Shown one piece after another: positions 49,271-58,144 of a stretch of 64,000 nucleotides of DNA. The position numbers and the translations under genes are program-made. The notes beneath the pieces are model-generated. The model saw only the letters and a list, made by a program, of their open reading frames with translations. It was not told where the DNA came from and did no database searches. The DNA is from an uncultured Poribacteria bacterium. GTDB lineage: Bacteria > Poribacteria > WGA-4E > WGA-3G. Location of the stretch: the NCBI GenBank assembly GCA_951813565.1, contig OX638351.1:4288001-4352000 (forward strand), in the 5' to 3' direction. Numbering within the stretch: position 1 is the first letter of the stretch; each line of letters starts with the position of its first letter.

Positions 49271-49301
49271 AGGCAGATACCCAAATAAAGGATACCTGCC
49301 T
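49271..49301. terminator. Hairpin between convergent genes
   Basis: AGGCAG(A)TA...TA(C)CTGCCT imperfect stem. Confidence 0.45.
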
Positions 49302-49329
49302 GTGTGAATTTAGACTATAGGTCAACGAC

Positions 49330-50295
49330 TCATTTCTTTAATGTTCCCCACCTGACTTTTTTTCCCTGTGGGGTGACAGAAAGTACATCGTCGTCGATCC
49401 AATGCGGTGCAAGGTCATCCCGCGGATGGCTTGTGAGATTCGTTATCTCCCCTGTAACAAGGTGATACCGGTATATCTCAATCTGCCGATCCGCTGCGGC
49501 ATGTTCCTCAGCAGCGATAAGCACCTGTTTCCCGTTGTCCATCCAACACGCTGAATGAACTAACCACTTTTTAGTCGGAATTTTTAAAAAGCGCCGATTG
49601 GGAGAACCGTGTTTCTGAATCACAACGTTGTTTTGTAGCAACTGAAACGCATGTTCATTGCCGTAGAGCGCCTCAACATACATAACAGATTTGCTATCTG
49701 GAGACCAGGCAGGCGAAAAACGATACCAATTATCATGCGGTACAAGAGGGTGCTGTCCTGATCCGTTCGCATTCATCACATAGATCGTTGTTAAATTCGC
49801 TGCCGGATGCGCCTGGCGATAGGCAATATATTTACCATTCGGCGACCACGACGGTCTTGAGGTAAGCTCTGGGTTGTTAGTCAGTTTCCGAACAGCACGG
49901 GTAAAGATATCTATCACATAGATATTCCTATCTTTACCATAAGCAATGCGGGACCCATCGGGCGACCAAGAACATAAACTCACATTAAAATCCGTGATCT
50001 GCTGTTCTTGGCTGCCATCACTATTCATAATGAATAGCGCGGACTTTTGCTGCCTTCTATCTTCCGATATTTCTCTTAGAAACGCAATGCGTTTACCGTT
50101 TGGAGACCAGACAGGACCAGAATCGTAGTGCGGCAGTCGTGTGAATGTTAATCTTTGGACATTGCTACCATCATCGTCCATCACATAGAGGGTCTGTCCA
50201 CCGTGACGCTGTGATTCGAAAACGATCTTGGCAGTGGCGAAACTCGGCACCATCCATAGCAGCAAGAAGTAAATAAAGAAACGTTTGGACAGCAT
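49330..50295 (-). CDS. Secreted TolB-like (PD40) beta-propeller protein
   Basis: Signal peptide; KIVFES, YVMDDDGS and P.WSP.G repeats. Confidence 0.9.
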   Translation of the reverse strand: MLSKRFFIYFLLLWMVPSFATAKIVFESQRHGGQTLYVMDDDGSNVQRLTFTRLPHYDSGPVWSPNGKRIAFLREISEDRRQQKSALFIMNSDGSQEQQITDFNVSLCSWSPDGSRIAYGKDRNIYVIDIFTRAVRKLTNNPELTSRPSWSPNGKYIAYRQAHPAANLTTIYVMNANGSGQHPLVPHDNWYRFSPAWSPDSKSVMYVEALYGNEHAFQLLQNNVVIQKHGSPNRRFLKIPTKKWLVHSACWMDNGKQVLIAAEEHAAADRQIEIYRYHLVTGEITNLTSHPRDDLAPHWIDDDVLSVTPQGKKVRWGTLKK

Positions 50296-50310
50296 AAGTA
50301 TTCCCCTTCA

Positions 50311-51136
50311 TTAATCGGCTACATCAACGGTGTAGTATTCCCAATAGCCCGTTCCATCATTTCGCCAAATCTCAGCTCTGATTCTGTAGGCGCCCCTGAT
50401 ACCTTCAGGAAACGTGTAACTCATCGTAGTCGTATCACCGTCACCGCTATCTACTTGTACATTCGTGCCGGGCTTGGTATCCCCGGGTGCTTGTACATAC
50501 CAAAGGACTTCATCAAAGGGCATGTCTGTAATTAGCAGCGACTCCCAGCTATCGCCCGCATTGGCAGAGAAATCATCGTCGAAGTCAACACCGTTTGTCG
50601 TAGGACCGATTCCAACAACACCGAGGGGCTATGTGTAAAATCAACTTCAAAGTCCGCTTGCCATGTATCTTGTCTATTAGCCAAGCGCGGATGGTCACAC
50701 CTCAATGTAACAGTACCTTTCATTGTGTGTTCCTCATTTCTTGGTGCACCTATTCTGTCAACATGTAGGGAGAGGTGTCCAAAAATCATGTTAGAAGAAC
50801 CCTCTTCACCATTTTCCTCTATATTTCCAATAAAGGAATCCTTCTCATCCGGCCGTATCCAAGGATTGAAAGACGAAACTCACCACTATAGCCGTGGCGC
50901 TTGTCACCACTATTACCGAACATGACCATACCATCGAGATATGCCACACCAGGCTCTTGATTATCATAATAAAGGCTTGATACTTGAGCACTTCCCCAGA
51001 CATTAGGATTGTGATTCCCATTCCCTGTTACTATATCTAACGCTGCGAAAAGCGGAAGCGTGAGTAAACAAGCATAGGTGATAAACAGAAACATCACAAA
51101 ACGTGTGATGTGTTTTGATGTATCTAATCTTTTCAT
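50311..51136 (-). pseudogene. Secreted protein gene interrupted by two frameshifts
   Basis: Three overlapping open frames join into one plausible protein, with shifts near 50855 and 50630. Confidence 0.7.
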
Positions 51137-51192
51137 TTTATATCTCCTGTAAAAGTAAGATATATCATGTTGTTATGATATCCATTGTTTAT

Positions 51193-51298
51193 CGGGGCCC
51201 TATCCTTGTTCGGTAGACCTTCCACCGTCTTAATAAAGGTTCGGGCACCCTGGCGATCAAACCATAGTATCTCATCAGTAAAGTTGAGAAGGGCGCCC
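51193..51298 (-). ncRNA. Candidate structured 5' leader RNA
   Basis: GC-rich nested stems between a promoter and the 51136 start codon. Confidence 0.45.
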
Positions 51299-51331
51299 AT
51301 CTTGAAATACTATGTTTTGATCGTTAATAGT

Positions 51332-51361
51332 ATTATACAACAAAATTGCAAAGAGAGTCAA
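51332..51361 (-). promoter_or_regulatory. Sigma70-like promoter
   Basis: TTGACT-18 nt-TATAAT on the minus strand. Confidence 0.6.
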
Positions 51362-51685
51362 AAATAAATTTGGAAAATGGAAATTGAGTAATTAGGAAAA
51401 AATATAGAACGCTCATATAAAACCCACATTCCGCAGTTGTTTAATCAGAATTTAATATTTATAGGACAAACCCGTGTCACGAAAGGATCCGTACCGGATA
51501 ATAGAGATTTGATGTTGTGAATTAAGATTCTATTTTCCACTTGTCTTCTTCTCTGGTTCACTTGAAATTGCTTGCTCGATGTAGGTGCCGCGTAGGTTTG
51601 AAAAATAAATATCGAAAATCGGAAATTAGAAGTGCGGAATGTAGGTTCTAATTCAAAAGGGAAATTCATTTTTAGAATTGGTATA

Positions 51686-51822
51686 ATACCAATTCTAAAA
51701 TACAATGTCTCATTCTGTAATTTAATGGAATATCAACCGAAGAAAGAATGCTAAGAGGCGCAATGAATTGCGCGACTACGAACGCGTTTTTGTTAATGAG
51801 AAGTTATTATTTAGAAATGGTA
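51686..51822. mobile_element. ATACCA...TGGTAT MITE-like element with an uninterrupted REP
   Basis: ATACCAATTCTAAAATACAATGTCTCATT / AATGAGAAGTTATTATTTAGAAATGGTAT termini; intact AAGAGGCGCAATGAATTGCGCGACTAC inside. Confidence 0.75.
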
Positions 51823-51940
51823 TAATATGTTGACGAAGCACTACTATAATTTCTGACCATTGAAATTTGTATAATCCAATTAACCTCCTTTTTCGTCTTT
51901 ATGTTAATGTGTCATTTTCTGCGCAAAGGAGGCAACGCTT

Positions 51941-54172
51941 TTGGACCATCATCTATTTTCTTTCCCGCCGTTTCCGAAAATCAGAATTTATTTATTTGTT
52001 CTTACATTTTTATCTATCGTTGTTTCCAATGTTAACGCAGAAACACCAAATTTCCAGATTACAGCATACCGTACCTACGAAAGTATTGAGATTGACGGTG
52101 ATCTAACCGAAGGCGATTGGCAAAAAGCGGAACCGATAAATCAATTTGTTCAAATTGAACCTTATGAAGGTGAAAATAGTTCCGAACCGATGGAGGTACG
52201 TATTCTCTACGATGATGACAATATTTATTTTGGTTTCATCTGTTTCGACTCAGATATGTCAAAACTTGTTGCTAATGAAATGCGTAGAGATGCACGCGAT
52301 ATACACGAAAATGACAATGTTTTTCTACTATTGGATACATACAATGACAAGCGGAGCGGATTCTTTTTTCGTGCAAACGCATTGGGGGCAATACAGGATA
52401 GAGCAATAACGAATAACGGAGATACACTCAACAACGATTGGGATGCCGTTGTGGCATGTAAATCAAAAATTAACGACACATCATGGACAACGGAACTCAG
52501 CATTCCATTTAGTCAGCTCCGTTTCAAAAAGAGCGATCCAATGAGTTGGGGTATGAACGTTGGTCGTGAGCTTATACGGAATCAAGAAGAGACGATATGG
52601 ACACCCGTGCCAGCTTCTTATGGTGGCTTGGCAAAATACCGAACAACAAACCTTGGCACGCTTGGCGGATTAAAGGGAATTACTCCCTCCCGGAATTTAG
52701 AAATTCTGCCGTACTTTCTACCCGGTGTTACGCAAGTCAACGAAGAAGATGCAGCCCTTGAGACCACACGGGAACTTAAACTCGGCTTTGATGCAAAATA
52801 TAGCGTCACTTCTAACCTAATTACAGACATTACCTATAATACCGACTTCGCGCAAGTTGAGGCAGATCAGGAACAGGTTAACCTCACCCGGTTTAGTCTC
52901 TTCTTTCCGGAAAAAAGACCCTTCTTTTTGGAAGGGGCGGGACTTTTCGATTTTGGCGTCCCAAGACAAAGTTTTCGGAGACCCCCGCCGATGCTTCTTT
53001 TTTACAGTCGGCGCATCGGATTAGCTGAGGGAAACGCTATTCCGATTATTTTCGGTGGAAAAGCCAGCGGCAAAATCGGTTCTTATGGTGTTGGGGTTCT
53101 CAATGTTCTTACAGACGAATTCTATGACGAACCCGCAGAAGATGATCCAGTTGACATTCCGCGTACCAATTACTCTGTCATCCGAATTACAAAGGATGCT
53201 GCAGCAGGATCGCGCTTCGGCATGATTGTTGTAAATAAAGACGAATTCGGCAATTATAACCGCGCAGGTGGATTCGACTTTGAATTTCGCCCTAACGATA
53301 GACTTGATGTACGCGGCATGTGGGCACGTACCTTTTCACCTGATATGTCTGGGAAAAATAATGCTTGGTACTTCGGCACGCGATGGCGAAATGACATCTT
53401 TCGAATCGGAGGATCCTACACCGATATTGATGAAGATTTTGATCCTGCGGTTGGATACGTCCGACAAACAGGAATGCGCCAAATGCGAACTGAAATGCGG
53501 TGGACGCCCAGACCACAAAAATACGGAATTCGTGAAATTTGGTCGGGTCCAGAAGTAAATTACATTCTCAACCAAGAAAATGAATTGGAACGGTGGAACT
53601 TTTCCTATACCCATTGGACATCATTCGCCACAGGTGACTCTGTGATGTTTTTTGCGAGAGGGATGTTTGAACGACTGGACGAAGATTTTGAAATTCGCGA
53701 GGATGTGCTTATTCCGATTGGGGATTACCAATACAGCATAGTCGGAGGGCGATTTTCAACCAGTGATAGCCGTGTTATCAGTACGACAACCGGTTTTGAA
53801 TTGGGAAACTTTTATAATGGTCAAATTCGTAAATTTTTTGTTGACGGCTCTCTGAAACCAAGTGGACGAATCAGTCTACACTTAGACTACGAATTTAATC
53901 GTGTCAACTTACCAACAGGTGATTTTGATGCTAACCTTTTCTCAGGCAGGTTCTATTACTCGTTTTCAACAACCTTGTTTGCAAAAATCTTTGCACAATG
54001 GAATACGGAGACGAACCTTGTGTCTACAAATTTCCTGATCAATTACATCTATCGTCCTGGGAGCGATTTCTATTTTGTTTTCAATCAAACCTACGATACA
54101 GACAAGACAACAAAAGCAGCACTTCGGAATTCTACTGTAGTTGCAAAAATGACGTTTTGGTGGAATCCGTAA
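51941..54172 (+). CDS. CBM9-like plus DUF5916 outer-membrane protein
   Basis: IDGDLTEGDW, LDTYND, NTDFAQVEAD..VNLTRFSLFFPEKRPFFLEG and LFYSRRIG motifs; exact start uncertain. Confidence 0.85.
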   Translation: MDHHLFSFPPFPKIRIYLFVLTFLSIVVSNVNAETPNFQITAYRTYESIEIDGDLTEGDWQKAEPINQFVQIEPYEGENSSEPMEVRILYDDDNIYFGFICFDSDMSKLVANEMRRDARDIHENDNVFLLLDTYNDKRSGFFFRANALGAIQDRAITNNGDTLNNDWDAVVACKSKINDTSWTTELSIPFSQLRFKKSDPMSWGMNVGRELIRNQEETIWTPVPASYGGLAKYRTTNLGTLGGLKGITPSRNLEILPYFLPGVTQVNEEDAALETTRELKLGFDAKYSVTSNLITDITYNTDFAQVEADQEQVNLTRFSLFFPEKRPFFLEGAGLFDFGVPRQSFRRPPPMLLFYSRRIGLAEGNAIPIIFGGKASGKIGSYGVGVLNVLTDEFYDEPAEDDPVDIPRTNYSVIRITKDAAAGSRFGMIVVNKDEFGNYNRAGGFDFEFRPNDRLDVRGMWARTFSPDMSGKNNAWYFGTRWRNDIFRIGGSYTDIDEDFDPAVGYVRQTGMRQMRTEMRWTPRPQKYGIREIWSGPEVNYILNQENELERWNFSYTHWTSFATGDSVMFFARGMFERLDEDFEIREDVLIPIGDYQYSIVGGRFSTSDSRVISTTTGFELGNFYNGQIRKFFVDGSLKPSGRISLHLDYEFNRVNLPTGDFDANLFSGRFYYSFSTTLFAKIFAQWNTETNLVSTNFLINYIYRPGSDFYFVFNQTYDTDKTTKAALRNSTVVAKMTFWWNP

Positions 54173-54339
54173 TCAAACGTTCCTGCAAAGAAATAGATAA
54201 ATTCTTGAAAAAACATGCCTACAACTCAAAAAAGTTGACAAATACTTTAAAATACGCTATAATTTACTATATAAACGACTTGTGCCAGTTAACATTTTGT
54301 TTTGTTGGTTTTCACATATATTTGCATTTGTGCTATATA

Positions 54340-54482
54340 CATATCGTTCCTACCAAATCAACGCCAAATGCGCGTGTAGCATTTGTCGGGACTAAAGAGT
54401 GCTCGTCCAATCATTTTCTATAAACATATCGTCCCTACCAAATCAACGTCAAATGCGCTTATGGCATTTGTCGGGACTGAAG
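54340..54482 (+). repeat. Two tandem CATATCGTCCCTAC^GGGACT palindromes, each split by a 34-bp micro-insertion
   Basis: Inserts at 54354-54387 and 54439-54472. Confidence 0.85.
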
Positions 54483-54767
54483 AACATATAAATATATGAT
54501 AATGACTTACAAACATTTTCTTTTGTGAAATAAAGTTCTACAAATGGTTATTTAGCACAACTCGTTATATAAGTAGGTCCATAGGGAAATAATCAGTTTT
54601 TAATCAAAGTTGGTACTGATGCTACAATATCATTTATAGGCAAATTAATGTGTATCAAACCTTGATTTACGCGACACTATCGATTTTACGAACGATCTCA
54701 TAAACTCCGGTAAGTGTGTTGTAAGCGCGCTATCGACATCACGAGATAATTTCTGGGAGGAAAAGAG

Positions 54768-55721
54768 ATGAGTAGAAGTTCCGATATTGCATACCAAATG
54801 CAACAGCGTCGTGCTGAACGGAAAAAACCAAAGATCAATGCAAAATTGAAGAAAGTTAGCATTGATGAAAGTCAGAAAGGCGGAATTGCTGCCGCACAAG
54901 AAAACAAACCACCGCCGATAACCTTGCAAAAAACAAGCGGACGAAATTCCGCTGCTTTAACGTTTTCAATAGCACTACACGTGTCAATTGCACTTCTCTT
55001 GGGTTTTCTTTACATTAAGGACCAGATTGCGTCTGAAAGTGATGAACTTGCAGTCGCATTGGTCCCACAAGAGATGCCTCAAAGGGAACGAAACACTATT
55101 AAAGCACGTCCTCGCCCGACATTTGATGCCAAGCCGCAGGAGATTGATGCGCCAATTAAACGCACACCTGTGACGAATGCAAATATCCCACAGAGACAAA
55201 GCGATTTCAAACTTCCGTCTCCAAGTGATACGGATCTCGCGCTTGTAGACCCCGGGCTGGATGGGGGACCAAGAGTTAATGTGATTCCAAGAGGTTTGAA
55301 AGGGCCGGTTCAACCTGCACAGAACGCAGTAAAACCAACAGTTGAAAGACCTGCCCAGAGTAGCTCGCCACTTGCAGACCTTTCTAATAACACGAAGTCT
55401 ACTGAAGGACCAGTTTTAAACGTTCCTGATATTGATACCTCACAAGCAGGAACATCATATCCTAAGGCTACAAAAGCGCCGAAGCCGATCTATCCTAAGA
55501 ATGCCAAACGGGCAGAAAAGGAAGGCATCGTAGAGTTAAAAGCAACCGTGGGAACTGATGGGATACCACGAAATATTGTTGCTTTGACAGAAATTGGATT
55601 CGGTTTTGAAGAGGCAGCGATTGAAGCGATGAAAAAGTGGAGATTTATTCCAGGGAAGAAAAAAGGCAAAGAGATTGAAATGACCGTTAAAATTAAGATC
55701 GAGTTTACATTGGACGACTAA
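54768..55721 (+). CDS. Energy transducer TonB family protein
   Basis: Transmembrane helix with SIALH, Pro-rich linker, C-terminal YPKNAKRAEKEG..V and WRFIPG. Confidence 0.9.
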   Translation: MSRSSDIAYQMQQRRAERKKPKINAKLKKVSIDESQKGGIAAAQENKPPPITLQKTSGRNSAALTFSIALHVSIALLLGFLYIKDQIASESDELAVALVPQEMPQRERNTIKARPRPTFDAKPQEIDAPIKRTPVTNANIPQRQSDFKLPSPSDTDLALVDPGLDGGPRVNVIPRGLKGPVQPAQNAVKPTVERPAQSSSPLADLSNNTKSTEGPVLNVPDIDTSQAGTSYPKATKAPKPIYPKNAKRAEKEGIVELKATVGTDGIPRNIVALTEIGFGFEEAAIEAMKKWRFIPGKKKGKEIEMTVKIKIEFTLDD

Positions 55722-55785
55722 TTGAGTTTTGAGATGTATGCTGGTAGAAATTCTTTAGGTTGGAAACTGTTAACGGTGCCGAAGT

Positions 55786-56589
55786 CTACTGGATTTTTAA
55801 GAGTCCTTTTGCTGCAAAATTTCGAACTAAATTCACGACAGATTGCTGAGCAATTTCGCTTAACTGTTTCTGTTCAAAAGTGAGTTGCTCACTTTCAGCT
55901 TCAACAGTTTCCGCTTGTGCAGCCGACATATTTTCAAAGAATCTATCCTGAATTTCGGGTGAGGCTTCGTGCAAGGCAAGGGCTAAGGTATTTGTCTCTA
56001 AAACTTGCAGGAGTGTCATAATCGCTTCATCAGGGACATCAATAAGGTCTTCAAAGGTAAACAAACCATCCGCAACGGTGTTTGCCAATTCAGGTTGATT
56101 TTTTTCCAATGCTTTCATAAGTTGATTCTGTCGTTTGATATCAACTTTTGCAAGGAATTTCGCGAGGTTTTTCGGTCCGTTGCCGAAGAATAGCGTGCTT
56201 TGTAGTATGCTGTTTATATTACCAACAAGGTCATTCCAAATCTCCTCCGCTTGTCCGGTGTCAACCATCTCTGTTTCTGCTAAGTGTTCAGCAATGCGAA
56301 TCTGTCTCTGCATTGGGAATTGTGCGAAGATCTGCTGCGCATAAGCGGTAAGTGTTCCTTCTTTCTGCTCTTTAGATTTACCGTCCTCAGTCTGCGCTAA
56401 TGTCTTACGTATCTCATCGGAACTACCAGAGGGAACTTTGCCAGCCGCAACATCCAATAATAATAAGAAAACAGCGGTGTCCACATCGTCTACCTGCTCA
56501 AATGCTTGCATAATCACTGGTAACGGTGTTTTTTCAAATAGGTTTGTCAGTTCTTGAACCGAGGCTTCATTTAAGAATGGCGCGGACAC
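55786..56589 (-). CDS. FliG C-terminal-domain-containing protein
   Basis: GPKNLAKFL, LFTFEDL, LALAL and FFENMS resemble FliG middle and C domains. Confidence 0.72.
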   Translation of the reverse strand: MSAPFLNEASVQELTNLFEKTPLPVIMQAFEQVDDVDTAVFLLLLDVAAGKVPSGSSDEIRKTLAQTEDGKSKEQKEGTLTAYAQQIFAQFPMQRQIRIAEHLAETEMVDTGQAEEIWNDLVGNINSILQSTLFFGNGPKNLAKFLAKVDIKRQNQLMKALEKNQPELANTVADGLFTFEDLIDVPDEAIMTLLQVLETNTLALALHEASPEIQDRFFENMSAAQAETVEAESEQLTFEQKQLSEIAQQSVVNLVRNFAAKGLLKIQ

Positions 56590-57617
56590 AATTCAACTCC
56601 TTTGTTCCCTGAAACTATATCTCCCAGTAAGAACGCCGACTCATCTGATGCGCTTAGCGACTCCAAAGCTGCCGAGATGGAATCGGGGGCGACTACCAAT
56701 ACAATTCCAACTCCCATATTAAAAACACGATACATTTCTGCTTCTTCTACGTTACCTTCTCGTTGGAGTATCGCAAAAATGTGTGGAACATCCCAACTTT
56801 GCATCTGAATTCTTGCGTGGCATCCTTCAGGCAGAATTCGCGTTAGGTTTGCTGGCAATCCGCCGCCAGTTATATGGGCAATTCCTTTTACATCACATAC
56901 GTTGCGAAGTTCTAAGATGGATTTGACATAACTTTTGTGTGTTTTAAGCAGTTCTTCCCCGACTGTAGATGAAAGTTCAGGTAGATAAGTATCCACGTCG
57001 TAGTTACAACGGTCAAATAATATGCGTCGTGCAAGTGAATATCCGTTTGTATGTAATCCCGTTGATGCTAAACCGATTAACTTATCCCCAGGACCGATGC
57101 TTTCTCCAGTAATTAGGGCACTCCTTTCTACTACCCCTACGATTGTTCCGACCAGATCATATTCGCCCGGTGCATAGAAACCGGGGAGTTCTGCAGTCTC
57201 TCCGCCAATTAAAGCACAGCCAATCTGTCGGCACCCAGATGTAAGTCCTATAATAATTTGTTCAAAAACCGATGGTTCCAGTTTTCCGATCCCGATATAA
57301 TCCAAAAAGAAAAGCGGTTCAGCCCCTTGCACAACGATGTCATTTCCACAGTGTGCCACAATATCATAGCCGACAGTATCGTGTTTATCTGCTTTAAAGG
57401 CAACTTTCAACTTCGTGCCGACACTATCTGTGCTGGAAACAAGAATAGGTTGCTTATATGTGCCGAGCGCAAATAACCCACCAAAACTACCCACGTCGCT
57501 GATAACTTCGGATCGGTAGGTGGTCTGCATGATGCCTTTTATCCGTTGCATAGCCTTGGATTCGGCTTCAAATGACACACCTGCATCGGCATAGGACAGC
57601 GGTTTTTTATCTGCCAT
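56571..57617 (-). CDS. purM: Phosphoribosylformylglycinamidine cyclo-ligase
   Basis: YADAGV, GAEPLFFLDY, GGETAE, GLHTNGYSL, HITGGG and FNMGVG motifs. Confidence 0.97.
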   Translation of the reverse strand: MADKKPLSYADAGVSFEAESKAMQRIKGIMQTTYRSEVISDVGSFGGLFALGTYKQPILVSSTDSVGTKLKVAFKADKHDTVGYDIVAHCGNDIVVQGAEPLFFLDYIGIGKLEPSVFEQIIIGLTSGCRQIGCALIGGETAELPGFYAPGEYDLVGTIVGVVERSALITGESIGPGDKLIGLASTGLHTNGYSLARRILFDRCNYDVDTYLPELSSTVGEELLKTHKSYVKSILELRNVCDVKGIAHITGGGLPANLTRILPEGCHARIQMQSWDVPHIFAILQREGNVEEAEMYRVFNMGVGIVLVVAPDSISAALESLSASDESAFLLGDIVSGNKGVELCPRHS

Positions 57618-57627
57618 CCAATTCTCC

Positions 57628-58035
57628 TTATTTTTTTAAATTTTTTGGACCAAAAAGTTGGGCATTAGCATCTTGCGTTTTTGATTTGTCTGTTTTTGAC
57701 CTATGGCTTAGGATTAGTCCTTTCAAAAGGCTGATCACTAAAAAGAAAACGGTAATTATTATAGCACCAAGTGTTCCAAAGTACTGCGAATCTTCCTTTA
57801 CCATCTCAGGATTCCATTTAAGGATTACGATAGGGAGTATCCAATTCAAAACCATACCAAGGATAGAATACATTACGACGAGCTTAAATGTAGAAACACC
57901 TTGTGATGTGTGGAGCGAATTTCGCACCATTCCACCCATTCCAGTTCTTGATCTACCGGTATTTTGGCGATTCTGCAAAGTTCGCCTCGGAGAATTCTTT
58001 TTATTTTTTTGGTTTGGTGGGGCAATAAATACCAT
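57628..58035 (-). CDS. Small membrane protein
   Basis: AGGA RBS, basic N-terminus and two transmembrane helices, located between purF and purM. Confidence 0.65.
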   Translation of the reverse strand: MVFIAPPNQKNKKNSPRRTLQNRQNTGRSRTGMGGMVRNSLHTSQGVSTFKLVVMYSILGMVLNWILPIVILKWNPEMVKEDSQYFGTLGAIIITVFFLVISLLKGLILSHRSKTDKSKTQDANAQLFGPKNLKK

Positions 58036-58144
58036 AGCATTTCCTTATTCTACAGCAGGAGTGATTATGTTTTCCCACGTTATCTGATTTGTTTACTAAA
58101 AAGGATTCCTTTTTCGATAGCGATCTCTGGAGGGTTGATAGTAA

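Noticed and set aside
51260..51285. Hammerhead ribozyme suggested by CTGATGAG on the minus strand
   Set aside because: No GAAA core or stem II in the required position.
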